A stretch of 64,000 nt of DNA, from the NCBI RefSeq assembly GCF_006345805.1, contig NC_043001.1:56792001-56856000 (forward strand), in the 5' to 3' direction. The position numbers and the translations under genes were made by a program. Below, piece after piece: positions 1-13,777 of the stretch. The stretch is from Octopus sinensis (Eukaryota). The notes beneath the pieces were generated by a model. That model was not told the origin of the DNA. It did not search any database and saw only the letters and a program-made list of their open reading frames with translations. How positions within the stretch are numbered: the stretch's first letter is position 1; each line of letters begins with the position of its first letter.

Positions 1-1010
1 GACTAATAAACAAGCTGACGGGAAGGTTTCAAACGTGTCATTCAATCTACCAGAAATAACTTAATCTTCCCTAACACAAAGATGAAACACAATTTTGATA
101 TAGATAAAATAATCTCGGCTCAGTCAGGGAGAGAGGTAGACGGCAAGAGAGAGAAAAATATGAAAAATCTTGGTGAACACACTATCTCATTTTGGGTCGT
201 TCAAATATATCCCGGATTTTAGTCAGTTTTTAGAATTTGTTTTTACAAAACTTTGCTGGGATCATACATTTTAATGCGTTTTATATAAATCTGATACTTT
301 TTACTAATTTTCCATCACATGTCGTAATTGACAGCCTTTTCTTTCAATGCTCAAATGTAGTTCGCTGTTTCAGCTACAACTCCATTTCTCAATGTTATAA
401 AGGTGTGTCGTATCATATCAGAATTTCATCTGCCTTTCTGTTATATAAAGACACCATGGATCCTGTCTAAAGTTTGACCTCAGTTTCATTTAAGACAGTT
501 GTTTTGTTGCAGCATCTAATGAGAGGGCGTATGGCGTTGTTTTACATGATCAACGGGTCTCCGTGGTGTAATTTGTTCAATATAGGCGTTAAAACTAAAA
601 TTTAACTTTTGGAGTCTATGTATTGAGCAGTTTTCTTTGTCCATGTCTAATAGGAAATCCTTACCTATGTTAAACGTAACATTTAGGTTGAAGAGGTAGA
701 CAGAGAAAGTGATATTACAATGTCTCTTCTTCTAATTTACTCGCTTCGATGATATTGTTGTAGCTAGGGGCGGTTCTGTCAATATGATAAAAATTGTTAC
801 CAACCTACCGCGTTGGAAGAATATTTATGCAATCCTGTACGCGTTTGATAATTGTTATAATGAAAGGTAATCCAGACGTTTACAGTTTAGCATTGTCTAC
901 TTTTATCTAGAGGGATCCCATGGGAGTTTGTTGGATGGTTTATAACCGTATTTCAAAGGGACATCAACATACTCTAACATACGGATACGAACTGAGAGAC
1001 TTGCACGTTA
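1..1010 (-). mobile_element. Decayed Penelope-like element: end of RT, linker and GIY-YIG endonuclease, running off the window edge
   Basis: Broken minus-strand translation gives LEYVDVPL..YKPSNK, FNLNVTFNIGKDFLLDMDK (cf. Penelope/Neptune PPF..NV.TNIGK.FL.L.DKHF), LYITERQMKF, and NYI*ALKEKAVNYDM*WKI (cf. LSKYIW.LK....Y.I.WKI), in the expected order. Many stops and frameshifts. Confidence 0.7.
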
Positions 1011-1060
1011 ACACGTTAGTTTAAGTAGATAGTAATGAATGTACATTATAGAAACCTTCA

Positions 1061-1290
1061 GAGGCGCGTGGCTTAGTGGTTAGAGTTATTGAACTCATGA
1101 TCGTAAGATTGTGATTTCAATTCCTGGACTGGGCGTCCCGTTGTACTCTTCAGCAACACATTCTATTTCGCGTTGATTCTGTTCACTCAGCAAGCTAAAA
1201 CGAGTAAATCTGCTAAGAACTAGCGTCCCATCCAGGGAAGGATATATGTGCCAAGGAAACCGGGAAACTAGCCCTATGAGACTATATAAG
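1061..1290 (+). mobile_element. tRNA-headed SINE, family-B head with a different tail (B-prime)
   Basis: Head gaggcgcgtggcttagtggttagag (A box) ..gatttcaattcc (B box) matches the heads at 11442-11788 and 37006-37313. The tail (actagcgtcccatccaggg..gaaaccgggaaactagccctatgag) is different. Confidence 0.75.
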
Positions 1291-1339
1291 GCGCATTTTT
1301 GTAACCAAAAACCGATGTACATTCATAAGTAGATACATA

Positions 1340-1363
1340 CATACATACATAATACATACATAC

Positions 1364-1418
<55 letters not shown>

Positions 1419-1456
1419 CATATCTAGCTATCTGTATATATTTGCAAAGAACGAGG

Positions 1457-1515
<59 letters not shown>
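1340..1515. repeat. (TACA)n/(TA)n/(GA)n microsatellites
   Basis: Directly visible. Confidence 0.95.
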
Positions 1516-1519
<4 letters not shown>

Positions 1520-1974
1520 CTATCACGAGGTAGATAGATATAAGGAAAGAGATAGATATGTGAATAACTCATTTAAGAAAGTAATATGAATTATCCACAA
1601 CTTTTTCTAAACATAAATATGTCTTCAAAACAATAAATTCACTCTTCATTTAATTTCTAAGAGCTATTTCTTGTTAGAAAAACCAGTTCGGCATTCTACT
1701 TTCCATTTACCAAAAATGCTATGCTTCATCTGCAACAGATTCAAATTGCTCAGACTTGTTAAAAACATCGCTGATATCAAAGAATTTCAATATAAGGAAA
1801 ATGATTGAATGGTCTGTAAAATTTCGATTTCAGAGGAAAATGTCATACACACACATATATACACACACACACATACACACATACACACACATACATACAC
1901 ATTGAAATATCTATATAGATGTGTTTCTACGAAGTAAGTTATGTTATAAATAATACTAAAATGATTATTACTAT

Positions 1975-1993
1975 ACTCATAATAATAATAATG

Positions 1994-2068
<75 letters not shown>

Positions 2069-2270
2069 GTAACGATAATAATAATATCATCGTCATCGTT
2101 GTTGTTGTTGTTAGTAGTAGTAGTAGCATTAATATTAGTGTTAGTATTAAAATAGTAGTAGCAGAAGCAGCACTAACAGGAACAGTTACATCAGGCAATT
2201 AATATTAAAGTTAACGTTGATAATGACGACGTTAGTGATGATGATGATGATGATGAGGAGGAGGAGGAGG
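1975..2270. repeat. (AAT)n and mixed trinucleotide microsatellites
   Basis: Directly visible; source of the poly-I/poly-L ORFs. Confidence 0.95.
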
Positions 2271-2659
2271 ACACAAAGCGTCCTTAACAGAATGTACACT
2301 TGACAGAAGACATGGCTATCGTTTGGCTGAATCAATACTTTGCCAATAGAACTAATGGCAATTGAAAAAAATGTAGCATGAATATCACGACGTATAAATT
2401 TCTGGCTACTAACTTTTGGCAGAACGATGAATAGAATTATATAAAAGACACCAGAATAAGATATAATAAATGGCAACGTTATATCCCAGAACAAGTGAAA
2501 TGTCACCATTAACACTGACAGAGCTATTGGTACTAACAATTCAGATATGTTTTTAAGAGATAATGACAACGAATGTAATTATATTTAGTAGAAACCAACT
2601 TCATACAAAAGCCACGTCTTATTCTTCTCATGGTTTGTTCTTTCGTTAATATATCTTTA

Positions 2660-2870
2660 GTTATTGTTGTTGTTTAGTCATAGAAGAGCAATGATAGAAC
2701 AAACCGATGATCAAAATGCTCCTAACCGAACCCTCTTCATCTCTTGACATAACTATGTCTGTATTATTTCATTTGGCTTTTAACTTTTTAAAGACAGTAG
2801 TATGTAAGATGTTGTAGATTTGCTGTTATCTTTGCGGGATAAGTGAGAACTTAAGGACCAATATTGTTGG
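2660..2870 (+). repeat. Copy of an old dispersed repeat (family D), with related degenerate copies near 12060, 13070, 14040, 21900, 27600, 31710, 47500, 48125, 49320, 50540 and 52290-52690
   Basis: Recurrent degenerate motifs gttgttgttta..gacctatgatcaaaggcatt and aagacagtag..gatttg..gctgctatttctagcaggtc in both orientations. Boundaries approximate. Confidence 0.5.
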
Positions 2871-4344
2871 CTCATTGCATTGTTAATTCCCGGAGAATGT
2901 AACCCGTTGTGGTAATGCGTAATTCAGAAGACACAGCAACAGCTGCAATAACAACATGAAATAAAGTACGTCTAAAAACGAAGTTGAAGTTTGCATATTT
3001 GACATTCAACTGTATGCTCTTTTAGAGATTTGCTTTGTTGTAGCAGAACCATTGTAGATATGTAAACAGAATCCAAATCTGGATTTTGTGCTTAATTGAA
3101 TATCAGCGGAGTTGAAAAAATTTTTTGACCTGAAGTTGGAAAATTTTCTGACCCGAAGTAAAAGCGTCATATTTGAGACATGGTTTTGAGAAAAAATTTT
3201 CACAATGTTTTTGTGCTTTCTTAAAATTTTGATCAGATGAATCTTTTTTGCGGGATATGTGAGAACTTAAGGACCTTTACTAGAATGCATATAGAAAATA
3301 TATTCCTTTTTCTTTGAATGAAGTAAATTGTGATTTGAGAGTGATTTATAAGTTATTTGTAGAAGATCAAGCAGTTATGTTGACACGCCATCTTAAGCTG
3401 CATCATTTGACAATATTATATATGCAATATCTAAGTTTCTTATTTGAGAGCTTTAGGTGTTTTAAACTATAGTCGATGGGACAGTTGCAACAGTATTTTT
3501 TTAATATGTGTATATATATAATATTGATCTATTAAAATTAACGAGTGGCCATAACTCTATGAATGATGATATCGAGATCTCTATTTAAGGAAGCGTTATA
3601 TCTTGTACGAGGTATTAAATGTACATGTGTATGTCTCTGATGTGTGGCTAGCTATGGAGGAGAGAAGAGTGCTTCCTTTTAGATTTGAGAGAAAGACATA
3701 CAGATGCATCGAGAGTGTGTGATTACAACTTAAAATTACAGGTGTTTATTGCATAAAAATTAGTGGAGGCGATAACACCATATTTAGTCAACAACATATT
3801 TAGTCAAAGTGGATCCAAGAGATTTTCTCCAGAGCATACTGCAATGAAAGCGAGTAATAGAGCAAAGAAATAAGAGAACAATGCAGCGCGTAGCAGAAGT
3901 ACTTATCTAGGGGATTCTCATGCCATAAAACGTCGAAGCTTTTCTGGTATCAAGACCTGGGGACAAATTGGTTTACATCGAAATACAATGAAGAGAGACT
4001 ACTCGTATCTATCTGGTATATCTGGCTTTAAGGAAACCAGAATGCGTAGGCACTTTGGAAATAGATATACTTAACCAAAGCCGATATTAGGGCTGAACAA
4101 CCCCTAGCTCTGAAAACAACACTAATAAGATACGAGCCTAATAAAATGTGAAAGCCTCTATGAAGTCACACAAACGACGAGAAATATTAATCAAAATCTT
4201 AAAATCACTTCCATACTTCTTCAAAATAAGGCATACTGTTTCTAAAATATTATCTTACGCCTGAAATACCTTTCATCCAAAATTTGTTCAGTGAGGCCTG
4301 ACCTAGGGCTAAATAATGACATACATAAACCATAACAACAAAAA

Positions 4345-4433
4345 CTACCACTACTACTACTGCTGCTGCTACTACTACTACTATTACTACAATTTCTACC
4401 ACTACTACTACCACCACCACCACCACCACCACC

Positions 4434-4505
<72 letters not shown>
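4345..4505. repeat. (TAC)n/(CAC)n microsatellite
   Basis: Directly visible. Confidence 0.95.
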
Positions 4506-4506
<1 letters not shown>

Positions 4507-5389
4507 ATACATATGAATTATAGCGACCACACATCTAGATACTAGAAGCAAATACTAATTTATTAGAATTGTAAATTGGTTTGATTTTCCATCATTTACT
4601 AAAATCCTAGAATTTTATCTGCGGGATTGCCATCAGTCATAAAAATCTAGAATAATTAACTACATATTTCAAGTAGAAAAACACATTGAAATCTGATCCA
4701 TAATTCCATAAAGTTTTGACATGTTTCAGGAATGTTTGAGTTACTTTGAAATGATTGAAAACAAAAGCTATTGTACTGCCACGGATTTCCAAAATCCGGA
4801 TTTCAAAGAAAGCCCTAATCTTCATATGAATTCCATAAGTCCAAATTCCAAGCAAGCCTTAATCCTGGGTGTAGATTCTAAGAACTAAATTCCTAAACAG
4901 AATGTATAATCCCGGTGTAGATTTTAGACCCAAATACCAAGCAGTGGCTCATGTTTAGAGATTCGTTTTAATATATTTATCAGAAACTGAAAACTGCTTA
5001 GTTTCAAAAGTACACAATTCAGTTACTATATTGCCGACATATGTTTAGTATTGGCACCATGTTTACTATTAATCTATTTAGATATATTAAATATAAATGT
5101 TGGTTTCCTTTAAATTTTATCATGAGAAATTAACACAAGTTCTGTATTGAGCAGAAAACATGAATCAAATTGAATTGGATAACAGCAGCTGTTTCAATTA
5201 TATCTCCCAGCTAGACTGACAGGCGTAATACACAAGCCAATGCTTATGATGTGTATCTATATGCATGCCGCACGTTAGTGCGAATATCTGTACCTGTGTA
5301 TTGTGTATCTAACAAAACACGTAGTAACATACAACATACATACACGTACATATTCTCCTACATAGCATTACATGTGTATATGTGTGTAT

Positions 5390-5440
5390 AGGGATACATA
5401 AATATATATATATGCATATATATACATACACACACACACA

Positions 5441-5517
<77 letters not shown>

Positions 5518-5521
5518 CATA

Positions 5522-5565
<44 letters not shown>

Positions 5566-5770
5566 TATATATAAATACATAAATATATTCATATATACAT
5601 ATACATGTATATAAATATATACATACTTACATACATACACAAACATATATGTGAATATATAGATGCATATATATATATATGAATATATAAAATACATATA
5701 TATATAAATATGTATACATACATACACACATATGTATGTATGTATATATGTATGTATGCATATAAATATA
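5390..5770. repeat. (TA)n/(CA)n compound microsatellite
   Basis: Directly visible. Confidence 0.95.
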
Positions 5771-5971
5771 TCAATTTTGACATCCTAAGCTGGCAGAACA
5801 GACAAGAAATTATCAAACAGATGATGGATACCTATTTTAAGATTTACCTTCAAAATGGTTGTGTTTTGGAGTTTGTGGTAGCTAGACACTAGCATATTAT
5901 ATACAACATCGCTATTCTCCTAATTAAGGCATATAGTCATTGTATCTAACTATGCATGTTTTCTTTTAATA

Positions 5972-6400
5972 TTTTACTCCTTTCAGTCACTGGAATTGTG
6001 TCATGCTGGAGCACCAATTTTCATGAGTCCAAATGAACCTAGAATCTACTTTTTCAGTCTCTTATCTATTGTATCACCGTCTTTCGCCGAACCATTAGGT
6101 TATGGAGACGCAAACCAACCAACACGGTTATTCAAGCGATGGGAGCACAAACGCAATACATGTACACACATACGAACATATACGTACACATTCGCCTCCC
6201 CCCACAGCCCCCCCCCCCTACATGAACGCACGCACGCACACATGCATAGAAGCAGATTTTCTGCAACACATTCACTAATAAAGCGTTGGTCGCTCCGTAG
6301 TAGTAGCAGAATGCACTTGCCGAAGGCGCCAGGTATTGGAGTTGAAGCGGAAACCACGTGGTTGCAAACAAAATGAACTTCCTAACCACACAACCATGGA
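5972..6400 (-). mobile_element. SINE family A, diverged copy
   Basis: Aligns by eye to the young copies at 40781-41223 and 44737-45142 (catgctggagcacc tail, gccgaacc, cacttgccgaaggcgcc, aaccacacaacca head). Confidence 0.75.
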
Positions 6401-6573
6401 CGTACTTATATGCGCGCGCGCGCCTGCGTGTGTGTGTGTGCTTGTGTGTGTATGTGTTGTGTGTGTGTGCGTATGTGTTTGTTCCCCACCCACGACTGTG
6501 TACTTAACTTTCCTAACCTAGTGGTTTGGCTATAGTGTCCGGTCGAATGAGTACCATGTTTAATAAAAAGATG

Positions 6574-6622
<49 letters not shown>

Positions 6623-6884
6623 TGTATGTGTGTGTATAATGGGTAGGTTCCTAACATTTTCAAATTTATAAATTATCGAATTATTGTTCTGCGGACGGGA
6701 ATGAATTTCTATAATTCTAACCCAGAAACGCGTCCACAATTAATCGAAGAATCTTTTGCTTATGTGAGTTACAAATATTGCTATATGTGGAGTAATATCT
6801 GTAGTAAAAAGGAATAAGCTGTCCTTGGCTGCTATTTCTAAATTTTCGATATGTGGTGAAGCAACTTGTTGCTTAACCTTTAAT

Positions 6885-6954
<70 letters not shown>

Positions 6955-6987
6955 CGTCATACCCTCTTTTTTTCTTTGTATATTTAA

Positions 6988-7370
6988 TCTTTAACTTGCT
7001 TCAGTCATTAGACTGTGGCCATATTTGGAAGAATTTTTACTTAAATGAATCAACCTCAGAATTTATCTTGTTAAACCTGGTACTTATTCGACCGGACACT
7101 TTAGCTAAATCCCTGGATGAGGGAAGGTAAGCACATAGCCGGTGGGGGTGTGACAAACACGAACACAAACACACACATAGACATGGACGCACTCCCATGG
7201 ATATATGTGTGCTGGGATTCTTTCAATTTCCGTCAACCAAATACTCTCACTGGGCTTTGATCGGTTCAAGGCGATAGTAGAAGACACTTGCCCAAGATGC
7301 CACGCAGTTGGACTGAACCCGAAACCATGTAGTTGGGAATCTAGCGTCTTACCAGACAGCCACGCCTGCT
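6988..7370 (-). mobile_element. SINE family A
   Basis: gtagaagacacttgcccaagatgccacgcagttggactgaacccgaaaccatgt..cagccacgcctg head; ttcagtcattagactgtggcc tail. Confidence 0.85.
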
Positions 7371-7519
7371 TCTGTATAATCCTACTTTGAAGTTCCAGAG
7401 AAAGCATTGCTATATATAAAAGTGATCGTATAGTAGGTCAATTGAGTACATGTATTGCTCTCAACAGTCTTTTACGATTCTTTACGCACTTTAATGAATT
7501 GAACTATTTTTCAATTATC

Positions 7520-7767
7520 TCTTTAGTCTTATTCAGTTTTCGGAGAGTAGCTTTGCTGGGGCGCCGCCTTAAGGGGTTTAGTCAAGCAAATTGACCTTAG
7601 TACTTATTTTTAACCTTGATACTTATTATATCGGTTTCTTACTAGCGAACCGTTTAATTGCAGGGACGTAAACAGACCAACAATGGTTTTCAAACAAATA
7701 CAAAGACACACTCATAAATACACGCATGCACGTTTACACATGCTCATACACACACACACACACACAC

Positions 7768-7822
<55 letters not shown>

Positions 7823-7996
7823 TACAATCATATATACGACGGGATTCATTCAGCCTTCATCTACCATACCCACTCACGAAGCTTTGTCGGTTTAGGACTA
7901 TAAATAGCCTATAGTTCCCTAATGCAGCATATAATGAGACTGAACCCGAAATCGTGCTGTTGGGAGGCAAATTTCTTAACATACAGCCATGCCTGG
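7520..7996 (-). mobile_element. SINE family A, diverged copy with expanded internal microsatellite
   Basis: Same modules as the other family-A copies. Confidence 0.75.
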
Positions 7997-8196
7997 TTCT
8001 GTAATTTAAGTCTGTTCAAATGTCGAGTTTGAATCGTAAAATTGTAATTTTATACCAATGTCTAAATGCTTGTAAGAAGCCGGCATTTAAGTCAATGAAT
8101 GCACAAGACATCCTGCTTCTATACTTGTTTTCGCATGTAATTATTTGATAAGTGAATCATGTATTTCTTACTAGAGGAAGATTTACATATGTCCGC

Positions 8197-8257
<61 letters not shown>

Positions 8258-8669
8258 ATCATTTTAGAAAGAAGAGGATATGCCTCAGTTCATGCATCTA
8301 TATGCATACATGTTTACCTTTGTCCAAAAATTCCTTTCCCAGTAGATATAGAACAAGCATGAATAAAATAAAATATATATAAACATAGAATGTCTTCTTA
8401 AAAATGAACTGGATGCATTTGTGGAATGTTACAGGAAAATCAGTTTTATAAAAATTGTAACAAACTTGACAGTACCCAAACACAGGGAGTAGAACTTATG
8501 CCTTGTAAATTAAAATATCCAGGAGGTGTAAATTATGTTATAAAATAAATCGGAAAAACTGACAAGAGATATATAAGAAATATAGAAAGCATTACCTGCA
8601 GGTATTGGAACTAGACGACAGAAAAGCTAATTTTAAAAGTTCTGTTTAAATTGCATGGCAAACGTGGAA

Positions 8670-8766
8670 TTATTCCATAAAATGCAAGTTAAATCCGATG
8701 GGAGAATGTTTAAAATCCTCATATAGTTTCAGACGCGTGGAATTATAAAACCAAAGAAAAAGATTT
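8670..8766 (-). pseudogene. CFAP54-like terminal exon
   Basis: Acceptor tcttctttattctaagcag; reads NLFLWFYNSTRLKLYEDFKHSPIGFNLHFME-stop (cf. recalled CFAP54 end GSLFNWI). Its phase-2 start fits the end of 9173-9452. Confidence 0.45.
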
Positions 8767-8892
8767 CTGCTTAGAATAAAGAAGACTAAGTGTTATGTTC
8801 TAGTAACAGCGTTTCATTAAACCGACTACTTAATTCCATACTAAGCGGGCGTAGGCACTCCTCGATTGGAGACTCCTAAATTGTCCTTGAGA

Positions 8893-9020
<128 letters not shown>

Positions 9021-9172
9021 AGCTGTTTGTTTAACTGTCTGTCTGATTCGCTCTTTATACACACCCACACCCACACTCACACACATCAAAACAGGAGACT
9101 AGAATAATTTTTGGTGTTATTTATCTAATATTACACATGTTACATTTGTTAGTAGGAATTATAAAATTGTAC

Positions 9173-9452
9173 ATATTGTAGAAAACTTGTAAGATATCTC
9201 CTACAAGAAATTCTTCAGGAGAGGATGGTATCCTCCAGTTCGCCAAAGGAAATTTGTCCATATACTTGAATTTGCTAAAAAAGTTCGCATGTGAAATTAA
9301 AGTGGAAGTCTTAACTGAAAGATCGCACATTCTATTCAGATTTAAGAATCCTACCGAAGTATTTAATTCCTGATCCGAAATTTCCAGCAAATGCAAGCAT
9401 ATGGAGAATTGTTTTGTGAACAGGGCACCATCGTCTTCGGATCCTTTACTTT
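9173..9452 (-). pseudogene. CFAP54-like exon
   Basis: Acceptor attattttag; about 93 open codons, SKGSEDDGALF..KFPLANWRIPSSPEEFLVGDILQVFYN (cf. recalled VPFDISLPSIFNLERLF). Weak donor gtacaa; start phase does not match the upstream exon. Confidence 0.55.
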
Positions 9453-9499
9453 CTAAAATAATGTGTACACACATATACGCGCACACACACACTCATATA

Positions 9500-9725
<226 letters not shown>

Positions 9726-10623
9726 ATGACTTTTACGGTTTAAGGGGGTGTAACTCTCAATTTATTTCTCTCTCTTTCCTTCTCCATTTTTATTCACGCT
9801 CTCACCTTTTGCATCAACCTCCTCGTTTTATTCTCGTGATCTCTTATGTACCAGCGTCCTGATTTTCAAATAGGAAAGACCATGTGCTCAGAGCCTTAGG
9901 ATTGCTTGTAGATACAAGGTGCGTTATAAAACCCTGCCTAGACCTGTGTCTTAACAGGAAGAAACTATTAGTAGATGTTAACTTTATACTGTATACACTA
10001 AATGATGTTTATCTTTCACTAGGTAAGATACATTTTTGTTGATTTTATCTTAACAGAACAGTAAACTATATATTTAGAGAGGTTAAACGTAGCACATTCC
10101 AGCCTTTCTAATTCGAAGAACACGGGTAGATATGTACTCATCAAATAGCTTATAATAATTTAGGATTTAATTTAGGAGCAGTAATAATAATCAACATGGG
10201 AAACAGGGAATTATGGAATAAACATTAAACCACGAAAATAACAATGACGATTATATGTATGTGTGTATGTATGTATGTATGTATGTATGTATGTATGTAT
10301 GTATGTATGTATGTATGTATGTAGTATGTATGGATATATATATGTATGTATGTTTGTATGTATGTATATATGTATGTATGTATGAATGTATGTATGTATA
10401 TACATATACATCATACATATATATATATGTACATGTGTGTGTGTCTATATATATATATATATACATATACATATTCTTGTACATATGAACGTATAGGATT
10501 GCGTGTAAGCGTTTGTATGTGTATGTGTGAGGGAATGTGTCAGTGCGGTTGTTACTCTTCGTGTGTGTGTTTGCCTGATAATATCTCTACGCTTTTTAAA
10601 GGGAAACAAATGTAAAATCTTAC

Positions 10624-10777
10624 AAAAAATTTGTTTGGTAAGCATATATTTTTGCAGCTGGATATCATCATTTCTAACAGTTTACCATCAAAATTATCGC
10701 GTTTCAAAATGCTTTCAGTTTCAAGCAGAAAGTCGATAGTAAATTTACGCGCCTTGTTAAGTGATGCAACATACAGT
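10624..10777 (-). pseudogene. CFAP54-like exon (intact frame)
   Basis: Acceptor cttttatttgaatgctgcag, donor gtaaga. Only one frame is open: LYVASLNKARKFTIDFLLETESILKRDNFDGKLLEMMISSCKNICLPNKFF (cf. recalled DNEMEDMIIQCCSEI). Confidence 0.6.
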
Positions 10778-11150
10778 CTGCAGCATTCAAATAAAAGAAC
10801 AAACATGTAAATAGTGAGAAAGGTGAATACATCGAGCTTGCTTATGTCAGGTAGTACGCAATTTTTAGTTTAGAGAAGCTGACACGGAATTATGTAAAAA
10901 GACACGGCAGAAAGTAGTAATAGTATAAACAAACGCCTGTAATATACTGGTGAGTCAGACATTGCAAATCAGCAAAATTACATAATTTTTTTTATTGTTT
11001 TTTTTTTAAGATTTAGTCCCGGATCAATGCATATATGGATCATCACACTCTGATGTTTCAACAGCACTCTATGAAGCTTTCAAAAGAGTTTAACAAGTGG
11101 CTAATGTATTTTTCTGAAAAATATTTTGGACTTATTTTTGCGGTGTTATT

Positions 11151-11935
11151 CAGGCGTGGCTGTGTGGTAAGAATCTTGCTTCCCAACCACATGGCACCTT
11201 GAGCAAGCTTCTTCTACTATAGCTTCGGACTGACCAAATCTCTGTGAGTGGATTTGATAGACGTAAACTAAAAGAATCCGTCGTATATATGTGTTTACAT
11301 ATATATATATGTGTATGTGTGTGTGCGCGTGTGTGTACGTGTGTGTGGGGGGGGTCTTTTTGTGTGTTTGTTTCCAACCACCACTTGACAACCGGTGCTG
11401 GTGTTTTTGAGACCACCTAACTTAGCAATGGTATAAGTACCTTAGCTTAGTTTAGACCCCTTTCGGTCATGAATGACCATGGAATTGCACCTAGAAAGTT
11501 ATCCTCCGAGGTACAAGTCCGGGTAAGGTTGTTTATGGAAGGCCAGCAGTCGCCGATGGATGCCAGCCTCCTCTCTCCACACCCCTGATGTTATCCAAGA
11601 GAAAGGCAAAGGCCGATACAGCTTGGCACCAGTGATGTCGCAACTCATTTCTACAGCTGAATGAACTGGAGTAACATGAAATAAAGTGTCTTGCTCAAGA
11701 ACATAACACGCAGCCCGGTCCGGTAATAGAACTCACAACCTCACGATCGTAAACTTGAGGCCCTAACCACTGAGTCATGCGCCTTCACAGAATAAGTACC
11801 AGGTTTAAAATAGAGACCTTGTGTCGATTCATTCGAGTAAAATCCTCTCGAAGTCGTCAGTGTTCCAGCATGGCAGCAGTGTAATGACTGAAACAAGTAA
11901 AAAATAAAAGATAAAAGGTCACGAAGTGAGCTTGT
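11151..11935 (+). mobile_element. SINE family A interrupted by a family-B SINE
   Basis: Head caggcgtggctgtgtggtaag; body resumes at 11789 and ends ccagcatggcagcagtgtaatgactgaaacaagtaaaaaataaaag. Confidence 0.85.
11442..11788 (-). mobile_element. SINE family B, nested, with 9-bp target-site duplication
   Basis: Reverse complement starts gtgaaggcgcatgactcagtggttagg (A box). Flanked by ataagtacc at 11433-11441 and 11792-11800. Matches 37006-37313. Confidence 0.9.
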
Positions 11936-12257
11936 TAAATGTGATATAGAGTCGCTATACAAGGCAAAATATTGAGTAGAAATTGCTGCTTGAAAATTGT
12001 GCAGAATTTGGTGGGAGAGACACAATAACGACTGCAAAACTTGGTGATGATTTTTCTCGTCGTTCTTGTTGTTGTTACCTGATGTCAGACCTGACCCCAA
12101 TAACGTTCTAACAATAATAATCAATGTTCCAACTATTATAATCACATGTAACTTGGAGTTCATTATCTATATCCAGTGTGTCTCTTTTAAAATACTGTAC
12201 ATCAGGTTGAACTATTGCATAAAGTTTATAAATTGATTACAAAGTCCTTCTCATGAC

Positions 12258-12455
12258 GGAATTGGTAGCTCACCGGGCAGAATGCTTAGTGGCATTTCGT
12301 TCGTCTTTATGACCCGAGTTCACATTCCGCCGGGGTTGACTTTGCCTTTCACCATTCTGGGGCTGATAAAATAAGTAACAGCCGAACAGTGGTGTTGATT
12401 TAATCGACTTTGCTCCTACCCTAAAATTGCTGGCCTTGTGCCAAAATTTGTAATC
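12258..12455 (+). mobile_element. SINE family C
   Basis: gaatgcttagtggcatttcg..gagttcacattccgccggggttgactttgcctttca..ggccttgtgccaaaatttg. Confidence 0.85.
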
Positions 12456-13348
12456 TATATGTATTTTAAACCATGAATCGTATCTATGAAATGGCAATAA
12501 ATGACTGGTCACTTAATTCCGAAAAGGCCAAGGCAAACACTATCAAAATTTCACTACAATGTAAATAACAAACTAATAGAGGTCAGCTGTATGTGTATGA
12601 ATATAAAATGTAACAGAATTTACCGAAAGAACTGTGGAGGAATTTGATCTACACAAAAACTTAGCATGGCCGTATTTATCAATATGCAATTGTATATTAC
12701 GTACGAAACCAGAGAAAATACTTAATTACTTATGAATAGTTGAAATTGAAGAGGATGAGCGAAAACAGCTGTGATTGAATTTAATTTAGAATGAACATTT
12801 ATCAACAGTAGAATTCTAATTGTTATATAAATGTTAGATTGGATGACATCCAGAAAGGTGTCTGACGTAGCAAGTCATCTGTACATACGATAGGTTGTAT
12901 TAAGTGGTGTGTGTTAGAGATAAAGAGAAACTGTTACAAATATGTAGAGAGAAGCTATGAATATTAGTGAAATATTTTTACATTCGACAAATTCATCCAA
13001 CAGTATAAGACGTGAAGATAATATCAGAATGATCTTCCGATTATGTAATAGCAATCGCACGAGGGATCCTCTATGTGACTGCTCAACTTGCTAGAATTAA
13101 AAACGACACTTTCTTATTTTAAAAGTAAAAGTTATGTTATATTATATAAAGTATTGAAAACAATGTTTAAGAAAAATAAAAGACTGTAAAAGGTAGCGTC
13201 AGCAACATATGGTCAAAAGTAATTCATCATCAAAGTTTTCATGAAACTAAATAAGAATAATGAATAAAATGAGACGTATTTTTTCTGCCTCAAATTACAT
13301 CTAAAATTGGTTTCAAATATTGAAGCTAATTTTGACAAACTTTATGGC

Positions 13349-13381
<33 letters not shown>

Positions 13382-13777
13382 ATATATATATATATATATA
13401 TAGTATATAATATATATCTATAGATGGTGATACAAATATATAAGTACATACCCATATACCCATATGTGTATGTGTGCGTATATTCAATAGTGGGATTTGT
13501 ACTCAGAATAAAATATACTAGTGAAAGACTTCCTGTCTGATACTCCAGCATTGCAATCATCATTATTTAAAGGACTTTAGAAAAATGAAAAGCCAAGGTG
13601 ACTTAGGCGAGAGTTGAAATTAGACCGCATGAATCCGGGACGCTTAAAAGATCCAGCCAATTTACCACCGTTGGTTTTAACAGCAACATCAATTACAACA
13701 ACATCAACTACAACAACATCAGAAGCATAAATATAGGCATTTAAAATATACTAATTGCAATATGCACCGTACATTAT

